A stretch of 64,000 nucleotides of DNA from Spirochaetia bacterium. GTDB taxonomy: Bacteria > Spirochaetota > Spirochaetia > UBA9216. Shown piece after piece: positions 30,240 to 39,664 of the stretch (position 1 is its first letter; every line of letters begins with the position of its first letter). A program made the position numbers and the translations under genes. The stretch lies in NCBI GenBank assembly GCA_963677925.2, contig CAXXYH010000003.1, forward strand, positions 896,001 through 960,000, read 5' to 3'. The notes below the pieces were generated by a model. It was not told the origin of the DNA. It searched no databases and was given only the letters and a program-made list of their open reading frames with translations.

Positions 30240-31133
30240 TTGAGACATCATACGGACAAAAAGTACAAAATAAAACCGCTTGATTTTATACTGACGGGCC
30301 TGATTATTTCAGGCCTTGTTTTTATATTCTTAAGGATCAGGCTGAACCTCAGATATGAATGGGCCTGGAATATCATTCCAAAATATATTCTTAAAAACAA
30401 TCCGGAAACAGGAAGAATTATACCTGCTGTAATTCTCCAGGGCCTGTTCCTTACGGTCAAACTGAGTATCTGGGGAATACTCTCCGGGCTTCTTATAGGT
30501 ACAGTATTCGGAATAGCCGGTTCAGGAAAGAACCTCTTCGGCAGAATAATAAGACATATTTATGTAGGCTTCGTCCGCAATATCCCCCCCATTGTTCTTG
30601 TATTTATTTTCTATTTCTTTTTCAGCAGTCAGATTCTTGACAATCTCGGTATAGAGAAAGCTCTGAAAGCAGCAAATCCGCGGGTGATAAAACTTGTAAC
30701 GATAGTTTTTATAAAACCTTCACTTTTAACCGAATTCTTCTCGGCAGCGCTCAGCCTTGCAATCTATGAGGGAGCTTATATCACCGAGATTATCAGAGCC
30801 GGTATTGAATCAGTTCCGAAAGGTCAGATTGAAGCTGCAAAGGCCCTGGGAATGTCTCCGCTGTCCAGACTCAGACACATCATACTGCCGCAGGCTGTAA
30901 CTCAGATGCTCCCGCCTCTTTCAGGACAGTTTATTTCAACGATTAAGGATTCCGCCATTGTATCAGTCATTTCCATACCTGAACTTACATTTCAGGGCCT
31001 TCAGGTCATGGCATCTACATATGCAACCTTCGAAATATGGATTGTAATCACCCTTATTTACCTGGTTCTCACAGGAGGCTGTTCGCTGATATTTGAAAGA
31101 ATATTTTCAGGCCGTAAGGCTGCAGGAAGATAA
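30240..31133 (+). CDS. Polar amino acid ABC transporter permease
   Basis: RNIPPIV, EGAYITEIIRAGI..GQIEAA, IKDSAI. Confidence 0.93.
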   Translation: MRHHTDKKYKIKPLDFILTGLIISGLVFIFLRIRLNLRYEWAWNIIPKYILKNNPETGRIIPAVILQGLFLTVKLSIWGILSGLLIGTVFGIAGSGKNLFGRIIRHIYVGFVRNIPPIVLVFIFYFFFSSQILDNLGIEKALKAANPRVIKLVTIVFIKPSLLTEFFSAALSLAIYEGAYITEIIRAGIESVPKGQIEAAKALGMSPLSRLRHIILPQAVTQMLPPLSGQFISTIKDSAIVSVISIPELTFQGLQVMASTYATFEIWIVITLIYLVLTGGCSLIFERIFSGRKAAGR

Positions 31134-31137
31134 GGAC

Positions 31138-31170
31138 ATAAAAAAAGGACTGTATGCAACAGTCCTTCTG
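31138..31170. terminator. Terminator hairpin between the convergent ABC and ferredoxin genes
   Basis: AAGGACTGT-ATGCA-ACAGTCCTT with an A run on the left, giving a U tail on the minus strand. Confidence 0.8.
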
Positions 31171-31202
31171 TTTAAAAAGCCGTAAAAACGGCATGATAAA
31201 AA

Positions 31203-31373
31203 TTAGTCAGCAAGAATAGCGTCAACAGGACAAACATCGGCACATGCGCCACAGCTGGTACATGTTTCCGGATCAATCCATCTTAAACCATCTTTTTCGC
31301 TGATTGCTTCCATCGGGCATTCTGCTTCGCAGGCGCCGCAATTTGTGCATTCTTCAGTAATCTTGTAGGCCAT
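31203..31373 (-). CDS. 2x[4Fe-4S] ferredoxin
   Basis: [12 protein letters not shown] and [19 protein letters not shown] before MAYKI. TTGACA-N17-TATTAT promoter at 31405-31433. Confidence 0.96.
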   Translation of the reverse strand: MAYKITEECTNCGACEAECPMEAISEKDGLRWIDPETCTSCGACADVCPVDAILAD

Positions 31374-31465
31374 CTGATGTCCCTCCAATAGTGATTATGC
31401 CAGAATAATAATATCCAACACTTCCCATGTCAACCAATACAGGAAAAGAATTGGATATCATACGA

Positions 31466-31555
31466 TTATTTCTTCTTGTGTCTGTTCTTTCTCAGTTTCT
31501 TCTTTCTTTTATGTGTGGCTATCTTATGCCTTTTTCTTTTACGTCCGCAGGGCAC
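31466..31555 (-). CDS. 30S ribosomal protein bS22 (AURKAIP1/COX24-like, 29 aa; absent from the ORF track)
   Basis: SD TAAGGAG then GTG. Translation MPCGRKRKRHKIATHKRKKKLRKNRHKKK. TTGAAA-N17-CATAAT promoter upstream. Confidence 0.93.
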   Translation of the reverse strand: MPCGRKRKRHKIATHKRKKKLRKNRHKKK

Positions 31556-31692
31556 TGTAAGCTCCTTAATAATGATTTACAAATTAGTACCTGATTATGC
31601 CAGAACTCAATAAAGTTTTCAAGTACTAATATGCTTATACAGAAGAATAGGAGCCCCGGTTCCATCAAGGAACTGCAGACGGCTCCATCAGT

Positions 31693-33477
31693 TTATTTTA
31701 TATCCAATTCCGTCGAAATGGAATCTGCAACAATTCTTCCTTCGTATACTGCACTTCCTACCTGCGATCCGGATCCTGAATATGTTCCGTAGAATATATT
31801 TCCGCAGATCAATTCTCCGGCACCATAAAGATTTTCTATGGGAAGCCCGTCCTCATTTAAGATCTTACAGTCTTCGTCCGTTTTCAATCCTGCAAGGCTG
31901 AATGAAGTTACAGCGTAGGTCTTAACAGCATAATAGGGAGCCTTTAGAACCGGAGCAAGCGCGCTGTTTGGAACTCCGAAGTCGGGATCATCAATACCTG
32001 ATTCCGCTGCAGAATTGTATTTTTCCACCGTTTCGATAAATGCATCAGGCTGTATCCCGGCTTTTACCGCAAGGTCTTCCAGGCTGTCCGACTTATAGAC
32101 ATATCCCAGCTTTACCGCTTCTTCAAGATATTCAATCATGGAATTATTTCCATCGGTTATTCCGAATGAAACCGCCCCCGGCTGTGAAACAAGATGAGAA
32201 GGACTGTATGAGTAGTGCTCTGTCTCTGCAGCGAAACGAACCCCGTTTTTATTGACAAGAGGTCCGACTACCCAAACCAGAAGCCCCATGGGACCCTGAT
32301 AACCGAATCTGCCGTTCAAGCCTCTGGCTCCGCCGATACCGTAGCCTACAGTCTGAGCACCCAGTTCTTTAGCCATTATAATACCGTCTCCGGTACTTCC
32401 GGCACCGGTAAATGGAATCATATCTGCATATTCTGCGGCGAGTTCCTCTACCAGGCCCTTGTTCTGCTGAAAACCGCCTGTTGCAAGGACAACCTTATCA
32501 GCTTTGATTTCATACACCTCACCCGGTGTTTCAACGACAACACCGGTTACCTCGTTTCCGTTGCTAATAAGTTTTGTTACATTTGAATCAAGACGAAGTT
32601 CCACTCCGTTCTTTTCCGCTGTCTTCAGCAGAAAATCAACAAGTGTTCTGCCGGCACCAGATTCCCAGGGTGTATCATAGAAGGATGATACCCAGGAAAC
32701 AGGCATTTCGTTGAGGTTGTCTCCAAAAGTAAATCGAGTCAAATCCCATGGGGCACCTTTTTCAACGTAGTCAGTAAATACATCACCGGAGACTTCTGCG
32801 ATCTTTCGAATCAGTTTATCGTTTAGCGTGCCTGCTTCCGCACCGGTTGTAGCATACATATGCTTTACAAGTTCATCAGGAGTATAGTCATACCCGGACA
32901 TTTTATTGAAATCTGTTCCGCCTGTGACCCATACACCTCCTGATGAATGCGCGCTGGTTCCTCCGAAATAACCGAGCTTTTCAAGTACTACAACATTCTC
33001 TATTCCCGCTTCGGTCAGCTGTATAGCTGTAGACAGCCCTGCCGCACCTGAGCCGACAACAACGACTGTCTTTTCTTCGGATCTTCCGGTTGATTTCTCA
33101 ATCACGGTTTTTGTTTTAAACTTTGAAACATCAGCACCGGCCTGTTTCAAACAATTTTCTACTCCCTTCTTGAGACTTCCGCTTGAAACAGACGCTCCTG
33201 TAATGGAATCAACTCCGATACTCTGTTTTTCAATAATTTCAGGGATCAAACGTTTTATAACGGCTGTTATGATCTGTTCAGTGTCTACAGATTCAACATT
33301 GATGCCCGTAATAGTGGTTTCATCTACAGTTACATGAACAACCATATTACCTTTCTGCGAAACTTCGGTTGAGCTGTAGGTACCGGGGTTCATGCTGACT
33401 GAATTCTTTGGTTTACCGCATGAACTGATTCCTATCAACAGACTCAGGACCATGATAATTGAAAATAGTTTCTTCAT
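31693..33477 (-). CDS. Lipoprotein flavin reductase: FMN-binding (flavinylated) domain plus flavocytochrome-c-type FAD domain
   Basis: Lipobox ISSC, flavinylation-type motif VDSITGASVSS, VVVGSGAAG, GGTSAHSSG, VVLATGGF, NLYGAGE. Start MKKLF follows an AGGAG SD. Confidence 0.88.
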   Translation of the reverse strand: MKKLFSIIMVLSLLIGISSCGKPKNSVSMNPGTYSSTEVSQKGNMVVHVTVDETTITGINVESVDTEQIITAVIKRLIPEIIEKQSIGVDSITGASVSSGSLKKGVENCLKQAGADVSKFKTKTVIEKSTGRSEEKTVVVVGSGAAGLSTAIQLTEAGIENVVVLEKLGYFGGTSAHSSGGVWVTGGTDFNKMSGYDYTPDELVKHMYATTGAEAGTLNDKLIRKIAEVSGDVFTDYVEKGAPWDLTRFTFGDNLNEMPVSWVSSFYDTPWESGAGRTLVDFLLKTAEKNGVELRLDSNVTKLISNGNEVTGVVVETPGEVYEIKADKVVLATGGFQQNKGLVEELAAEYADMIPFTGAGSTGDGIIMAKELGAQTVGYGIGGARGLNGRFGYQGPMGLLVWVVGPLVNKNGVRFAAETEHYSYSPSHLVSQPGAVSFGITDGNNSMIEYLEEAVKLGYVYKSDSLEDLAVKAGIQPDAFIETVEKYNSAAESGIDDPDFGVPNSALAPVLKAPYYAVKTYAVTSFSLAGLKTDEDCKILNEDGLPIENLYGAGELICGNIFYGTYSGSGSQVGSAVYEGRIVADSISTELDIK

Positions 33478-33562
33478 CAGGATACTCCTCTCTTTTTTGT
33501 GTGATTTAATCATTATTATTTTATCTAAATATTGTCAATACAGTTTTGTTTTATATACGTTC

Positions 33563-33576
33563 TAGAATGCGTTCTA
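33563..33576. promoter_or_regulatory. Candidate TetR operator
   Basis: Near-perfect palindrome TAGAATGCGTTCTA between the divergent reductase and TetR genes. Confidence 0.55.
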
Positions 33577-33641
33577 TTTTACAATTAATTGACTTTTATT
33601 CCTTTATTGAGTACAGTGCAGTAAAACAAGATGGGTTGAAT

Positions 33642-34271
33642 ATGAAATCAAAAGAAAGTCCAGTTTCCGTTCCGCGTTCGGTCAAAAGAGAACAGATTAA
33701 AGAGCATATATACAAGGTGGCAATGCAGCTGCTTAAAGAATACGGATATGAATATATAACTGTAAAAAACATCTGTACAATGGCTGATGTTTCAACGGGA
33801 AGTTTCTATCATTATTTCAAAAGCAAGGACGATTTAATTTCCAACTTCTTTCTGGAGGCATATGCAAAATTCAGTCAGGAAGGAAAACTCAAACCTGGTG
33901 AAGATACTATAGAAAATATTTTGCAGTTCTTTTTTCTGTATTCCGATTTCTGCCAGGAACAGGGCCTGGATTTTATCCGTAACTTCTATACTCCTTTCAA
34001 CAGAAGCATGGATATGAATCCCGCCCCGAAAGCCGGAGGGAAATGCAGGCTACCCTCACTTCTTGAAACTGAAAGATATATTACGGAAGCCCAGGAAAAG
34101 GGAGTGCTGAGCGACAGGATATCCGCAGGACAGCTGGCCGATGATCTATGTACAATCGAAAAAGGATGTATCTATGAATGGTGCGTCACAAACGGCGAAT
34201 TCAGAATTCGGGACCTCGTTGAAAGGCTATTAAGAAATTATCTGTCTTCATACATCATACAAAAAACATAG
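33642..34271 (+). CDS. TetR/AcrR family transcriptional regulator
   Basis: GYEYITVKNICTMADVSTGSFYHYFKSKDDL HTH. Start placed at MKSKES. Confidence 0.92.
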   Translation: MKSKESPVSVPRSVKREQIKEHIYKVAMQLLKEYGYEYITVKNICTMADVSTGSFYHYFKSKDDLISNFFLEAYAKFSQEGKLKPGEDTIENILQFFFLYSDFCQEQGLDFIRNFYTPFNRSMDMNPAPKAGGKCRLPSLLETERYITEAQEKGVLSDRISAGQLADDLCTIEKGCIYEWCVTNGEFRIRDLVERLLRNYLSSYIIQKT

Positions 34272-34350
34272 CGGAGTTTAATTCAAACCATAGCTTGGTC
34301 TGATTATCCTTGAAAACGCAGGGTTAAGGTTGTATAGTTTTTAATGACAG

Positions 34351-35307
34351 ATGGAAAAGTTAGTAAGCAGCTTAAGCTTTAATATTACCGATCCCGGTAT
34401 TACCGAAATACTCAATAATCTCAATGGGCAGAAAGGTGTTTACACGAATCATTTCAATCAGAATGAAGAAGCTTTTCTAAAAACAGAAGAAGAATTCACT
34501 GTTCCGGCATTTAAAATCCATCATGATCCTGGAGAGCCGGATCCGGGCAGAGAATACATAGAAGCACTCAGGGGGCTGGTTAGTACTCTGTCGGAAATCT
34601 TTCCACAGGTATTTAAGGGAACTTCATACTATTTTGACCCGGCAGAGATCCTGAGGCCCTGTTTTATTCAGCTTATACAAGCAGAGAAGAAATACTATCT
34701 GTACCTTTTCCGACCCGATCTAAACATCCATTATTCTGATGCAGAAATTACAGTTCCGGGAACTAATGATAAAACAGAGGCATACTCAACCCGGAAGCTC
34801 TTTTTCGAAAGTCTCATTATTCCTGTAGAAAAACCCGAAACAGAGCCAGGCTTCGATACAATAAATATTAAACGTATGTTCCGCTCCACATGGGCCGGTG
34901 AATCAAAAAAAGGCTATGATAAAAGCGGACAATGGATTGACCACGAAGTAACAAAGCTGCTGAGTTCCGTGCTCATGCCTGAGGGCAAACGAATATATCC
35001 GTACTATCCCATCCGCTGCGACTTTAATACTGTCTGCCTGTCCCCGCCTGAACTGTCTCCTGAAGGACGTAAAAAGCTTCTTCCGCTTTTCATCCGGTTC
35101 TCGGACCTGATAGCACCCGATACCCTTCAGATTGAACAGTATTTTAAAATAAATAATTTCGAGAAGGACTCGGACATCTATAAATCAATCAGAAGCAAGG
35201 TACCCGAAGAATGGACAAAGATTTGGACTTCGCATACAATCAGTCCGTATCTGAATGAATCGGATATGAAGGAGTACCTTTTTGAAGTCGGAAAACCGGG
35301 AATTTAA
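34351..35307 (+). CDS. Hypothetical protein, probably co-transcribed with murD
   Basis: 318-aa ORF with a TTGAAA-N17-TATAGT promoter, overlapping the murD start. No recognised motif. Confidence 0.75.
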   Translation: MEKLVSSLSFNITDPGITEILNNLNGQKGVYTNHFNQNEEAFLKTEEEFTVPAFKIHHDPGEPDPGREYIEALRGLVSTLSEIFPQVFKGTSYYFDPAEILRPCFIQLIQAEKKYYLYLFRPDLNIHYSDAEITVPGTNDKTEAYSTRKLFFESLIIPVEKPETEPGFDTINIKRMFRSTWAGESKKGYDKSGQWIDHEVTKLLSSVLMPEGKRIYPYYPIRCDFNTVCLSPPELSPEGRKKLLPLFIRFSDLIAPDTLQIEQYFKINNFEKDSDIYKSIRSKVPEEWTKIWTSHTISPYLNESDMKEYLFEVGKPGI

Positions 35308-36706
35308 CTACAGCATCAACGGTAAAAATCTGAAAGATCTTAAAGTAACAGTCATGGGGCTTGGGCTGCACGGCGGAGGCAGTTCTTCTGCACGTTTTTT
35401 TGCCTCACACGGAGCTTCGGTTACCGTAACAGATCTGAGGGATGCTGAAACGCTGAAGAAATCCATCGAAGATTTATCCGGTTTTGACATCAGGTATATC
35501 CTTGGCAAACATGATATTGAAGATTTTGAAAATGCTGATATTGTCATCAAAAACCCGGCAGTCAGGCCTGATTCACCCTATCTAAAGGCCGCAAAGCAGC
35601 TTGAAACCGATATATCGGTATTTCTAAGGTTCAACAGAAGGCCGGTCATTGCAGTAACAGGCAGCAAGGGGAAATCAACAACAGTTTCGGCAATTAACCA
35701 CGTGATGAAAATGGTTTATTCCGATACAGTTCTGGGCGGAAATATCACGGTCTCCCCCCTCACCTTTATTGACGCATGCACATCGGAATCAGAGGCTCCG
35801 GTCATTCTTGAACTTTCCTCATGGCAGCTGGCTGATCTGCGGGGAATGGGGCTTTTAAAACCGAAGGTATCATTAATCACCAATATCATGCATGACCATC
35901 AGGACAGATATTCCTCAATGGATGAATATGCCGATGACAAGGCTGTTGTATTTGAAGCACAGACAGTGAAAGAGTCTGCTGTTTTCAACCTTGACTGTCC
36001 GTATACAGAGAGATTTTTTAACGGCTGCAATGCAGCACCTTCATTTTTTACCGCAGAGTATTCTGAAAATCTGCCTGAAAACTATACCGGCGCCTTTCTT
36101 GAAAATGACGGCGGATACTTTGTCAATGAGGAGGGTGAATCTGTAAAGATACTGAATAATGAGAACACCCTCCCCGGCAAACACAACCGTCTCAATCTGC
36201 TTGCTGCCGGAGAAGTCTGCCTGCTGTTCGGACTAGAGCCTGAAACTATAAGAACCGGACTCTCGGAGTTTCCGGGAATTAGGCACCGGCTTGAGTTTGT
36301 TAGAAACTTTGATAATATAAGATGGTATAACGATTCAGCTGCAACAATTCCTGAGGCAGCCCTCGCTGCAGCCGGAAGCTTCAACAAGAGAGTTTTCCTG
36401 ATTGCCGGAGGCGCCGATAAAAACCTTGATTTCACCCCGCTTGCAGAAGCCGCAGCAGGAGCCGAAGCTGTCAGTCTGCTTTCCGGCACAGCCGATGAAA
36501 AGATAACCAGTCTGTTAAACTCAAGAGGAATAAGCTATGGCGGCCCGTTTAAAAGTCTTGAAGAGGCGGTGGGGTATGTAAGAAAACAGGCAGCCGGAAG
36601 GCATCGGCAGATTGCCGTGCTCTCACCGGGCTGTGCGTCATTCGGTATGTTTAAAAATGAATTCGATCGGGGCGATCGCTTCAGAGAGTTGATAAACAGC
36701 CTGTAA
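35282..36706 (+). CDS. murD: UDP-N-acetylmuramoyl-L-alanine--D-glutamate ligase
   Basis: VMGLGLHG, AVTGSKGKSTT, GGNI, LELSSWQL, HRLE, YNDSAAT, LSPGCASF..F..RG. Confidence 0.95.
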   Translation: MKSENREFNYSINGKNLKDLKVTVMGLGLHGGGSSSARFFASHGASVTVTDLRDAETLKKSIEDLSGFDIRYILGKHDIEDFENADIVIKNPAVRPDSPYLKAAKQLETDISVFLRFNRRPVIAVTGSKGKSTTVSAINHVMKMVYSDTVLGGNITVSPLTFIDACTSESEAPVILELSSWQLADLRGMGLLKPKVSLITNIMHDHQDRYSSMDEYADDKAVVFEAQTVKESAVFNLDCPYTERFFNGCNAAPSFFTAEYSENLPENYTGAFLENDGGYFVNEEGESVKILNNENTLPGKHNRLNLLAAGEVCLLFGLEPETIRTGLSEFPGIRHRLEFVRNFDNIRWYNDSAATIPEAALAAAGSFNKRVFLIAGGADKNLDFTPLAEAAAGAEAVSLLSGTADEKITSLLNSRGISYGGPFKSLEEAVGYVRKQAAGRHRQIAVLSPGCASFGMFKNEFDRGDRFRELINSL

Positions 36707-36708
36707 TT

Positions 36709-37173
36709 TTAAACTACCGCAACCTTGATTACTATTTTTCGAACATCCTCAGCCCCCGTATCAGGATGACAGCAGGGCTTGTGGGCATCCTGAGGGAAAA
36801 GGATTGCAAAGCGCGTATTTGAAAGCGGAAGCATAATCTGATGAAGATCATCCTCTTCAAAGAAGCCTATATCTGATTCTGTATTAAACTCGCCTGCCGG
36901 AATAAGCCCCTTCAGCGGCCTGTAACCGCAGAGCTCGTTTCCGAATCCAAGCAGCTGTATATCGATATATTTTACGTGAGCTTCGTATTTTATCTCTGAA
37001 GGATTTTTTGTGCTGTAATCGGAAACCTGAACCCGCAGATCATCGCCTTCAATCCTGTGAATGCCGGGTTCATATTTAAAAACATCACCCGATGAAATGA
37101 TCTGCAGAGCCCTGTCAATCAGAGGGCTCAGACCCGTATAGCTGCTGATGTTATCAACTGTATCGTAAATCAT
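36709..37173 (-). CDS. YhcH/YjgK/YiaL family protein
   Basis: EAHVKYIDIQ, SDIGF, FAILFPQDAHKP, KIVIKV. Confidence 0.92.
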   Translation of the reverse strand: MIYDTVDNISSYTGLSPLIDRALQIISSGDVFKYEPGIHRIEGDDLRVQVSDYSTKNPSEIKYEAHVKYIDIQLLGFGNELCGYRPLKGLIPAGEFNTESDIGFFEEDDLHQIMLPLSNTRFAILFPQDAHKPCCHPDTGAEDVRKIVIKVAVV

Positions 37174-38036
37174 TATTTATGCTTCCTGTATCGTTTCCAG
37201 CCGTTCTCAAGCGCTGTCCTTAAATACTCGTTATTACTGCAGATTATCTCTTTCCAGTTTTCTTCACCGGTATACCAGAACTCGCCCACAAACATACGCG
37301 AACCCAGACTAAGCGATACTTCACAGGCCTTATCAAAGTCTACATGGCCAGTACCGAAGGGCATCTCGCGGAATACTCCTGGTACGGTCTCTTTAAGATG
37401 TACCGCACTGATATGGCCTCTTCCTGTTTTAAGATCCTCAGCAAAATCAGTTCCATAGGAAACAGCTGCATTGGTTATATTTCCAATATCAGGATATATC
37501 TGAAGGTAAGGAGAGTCAATCTGCTTAACCCACGCAGCAGCCTTTTCAACAGTGTTGATAAACTCGGTTTCCATAGTTTCAAAGGCCAGAGTGACACCTT
37601 TCCGTGCTGCAAGCTCTACTGAGGCAGCGAGATTTTTCCCGAAGTTTTCCCTGCTCTCCTCTGTTGAATCTTCGTAATAAACATCATATCCGGCAATCTG
37701 GATTATTCTAATTCCGATATCAGCAGCCAGATCAACTGCATCAGCCATAATCTCAAGACTGCGCTTCTGAACAGCGGCATCAGGGTGGCCAAGGGGATAT
37801 TTACGGTGACCGCTAAGGCAGATGGAATAGACTGGAACACCGGTTTTTTCGATTGAATTACGCAGGGCATTCCGCTGATCAATTGTCCACTTCAGCCTTC
37901 CCAGCTTCTCATCAGTTTCATCTATCGAAAGTTCCATATAATCAAAACCGCATTCACCGGCTATTGATAGTTTTTCTTCAAGCGTCAGAAAACCGGGCAT
38001 GCTTTTTTCATACAGCCCAAGTATATACTCACTCAT
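37173..38036 (-). CDS. ulaE: L-ribulose-5-phosphate 3-epimerase (UlaE/SgbU family)
   Basis: LGLYEKS, ELSIDETDEKLGRL, CLSGHRKYPLG, IQIAGYDVYY, YPDIGN, HLKET. Confidence 0.92.
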   Translation of the reverse strand: MSEYILGLYEKSMPGFLTLEEKLSIAGECGFDYMELSIDETDEKLGRLKWTIDQRNALRNSIEKTGVPVYSICLSGHRKYPLGHPDAAVQKRSLEIMADAVDLAADIGIRIIQIAGYDVYYEDSTEESRENFGKNLAASVELAARKGVTLAFETMETEFINTVEKAAAWVKQIDSPYLQIYPDIGNITNAAVSYGTDFAEDLKTGRGHISAVHLKETVPGVFREMPFGTGHVDFDKACEVSLSLGSRMFVGEFWYTGEENWKEIICSNNEYLRTALENGWKRYRKHK

Positions 38037-38073
38037 TTTTACGCAGTACTCCTATTTATTATGTATGATAATT

Positions 38074-39585
38074 CTATATCTGAAACCTGTCCCAGACAGT
38101 ATCAAGGGCTTCAACAACTGCCCTGTATTTTTCATATTTCAATCTGTATATTTCAGTTCTTTCCGAATCCGGAAGGACCGGGGCATTCACCTTGACCATA
38201 GAGGCTGCAGCCTCCTGGTAGTCACTGAATGCACCGCCGGCAACCGCTGCGGCCATCGCAGCACCCATAGCTCCAAGTTCTGAAACACCGGAGACTGTTT
38301 CAACCGGAAGGCCAAGAACATCAGCAAAAATCTGAACCCACAGGGATGAATTAGCCGCTCCTCCCGCAAGTCTTACCGCCTCAGGAGCCTTCCTTACTGA
38401 AAGAAGTTTATCGATATGCATTTTATGAGAAAACGCTACACCCTCAAACACTGCCCGGAACATGTGTGCCCGGCTGTGGTAAGTGGTAAGGCCTATAAAG
38501 CTTCCCTTGGCCATAGGATGGGCATTTGAACCGTAGAGAAACGGAAGATAGTAAACCTGGGTATCGGCAGCCTCGGTTGATGCCACAAGATCATTGATAT
38601 ATTTGTATTTTGATACACCTTCGGGTATTTCCGATTTATCAAGAATATTGTCTATTATCCATTCAAGATTCCCTGCACTTGTAGGGCTGCATTCTTCAAG
38701 AAGATAATAGCCAGGAATGGCAAAAAGCGAATTCATTGCTATGCTTGTACCGGTTATGGGTTCAGGGTTTATAAACTCATTTACACTCCAGGTTCCTGTG
38801 ATCGTGCATAACTGCTCGGGGCTTGTAATATCCATTGCAACAGCACAGCCGTCAATATCAAACATTCCGCCGGCAACGGGAGTTCCGGCTTTAAGTCCTG
38901 TCAGACCGGAGGCTTCTTCAGTTATATTACCGCAGTTATCAGAGGAATATTTTAAGGGAGCAAGTCTGCTGTAGATCTCCGGAATACCGAGAACCTCAAG
39001 CATCTCAGCATCAAAACCGGCACTCTGCAGGTTCATAAGGCCCGAACTGGAAATATCGGTGGCTTCGGACCAGGCTTCGCCTGTAAGACGGAATCGAATG
39101 TAATCCTTTACCGAGAAAACCCACATTATATTGCTGTAGATATCAGGTTCATGATCTTTAAGCCAGGCAAGAAGCGACACCTGCTGGCAGGCTACAAGCT
39201 GCTGGCAGAGTTTCGGGTACAATTTGTCAAAGGTTCCGTCAGCCTTCCATCTTTGCGGATATTCCCAGGCCCGGTTATCTGTGGAGACGATACCGTTGAA
39301 AGCAGGTTTTCCGTCCTTTCCCCAGAGATAGAGACCCTTTCCATGCCCGCATACAGCTATCCCGCTTACAGAATCTGGTGATACTGATGATTTTGATATT
39401 ACGTCTTTCACGCACTCACAGTTTTTCAGCCAGAGTTCTTCCATGTCGCGTTCAGTGTATCCGGGTTTAGGTGTGATAACAGGAGTCTGTCTTGATGCAA
39501 CCGCAATCTGGCTGCCGGAAAGATCAAATAACGCAGCCTTTATTACAGTGCCGCCGTTGTCCAGTCCAATTACATATTTACCCAT
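38074..39585 (-). CDS. lyxK: FGGY carbohydrate kinase, L-xylulose/3-keto-L-gulonate kinase-like
   Basis: GLDNGGTVIKA, GHGKGLY, STDNRA, GGMFDI, GTWSVN, SPTSAGNLEW. Adjacent to ulaE. Confidence 0.85.
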   Translation of the reverse strand: MGKYVIGLDNGGTVIKAALFDLSGSQIAVASRQTPVITPKPGYTERDMEELWLKNCECVKDVISKSSVSPDSVSGIAVCGHGKGLYLWGKDGKPAFNGIVSTDNRAWEYPQRWKADGTFDKLYPKLCQQLVACQQVSLLAWLKDHEPDIYSNIMWVFSVKDYIRFRLTGEAWSEATDISSSGLMNLQSAGFDAEMLEVLGIPEIYSRLAPLKYSSDNCGNITEEASGLTGLKAGTPVAGGMFDIDGCAVAMDITSPEQLCTITGTWSVNEFINPEPITGTSIAMNSLFAIPGYYLLEECSPTSAGNLEWIIDNILDKSEIPEGVSKYKYINDLVASTEAADTQVYYLPFLYGSNAHPMAKGSFIGLTTYHSRAHMFRAVFEGVAFSHKMHIDKLLSVRKAPEAVRLAGGAANSSLWVQIFADVLGLPVETVSGVSELGAMGAAMAAAVAGGAFSDYQEAAASMVKVNAPVLPDSERTEIYRLKYEKYRAVVEALDTVWDRFQI

Positions 39586-39664
39586 GCAGGAACTTTATCA
39601 TATTAATCAGCGTTCAGGCAGTAAAAATAATCGGAATAGTCAAAAAGTTCAGAACAATCGGGCT

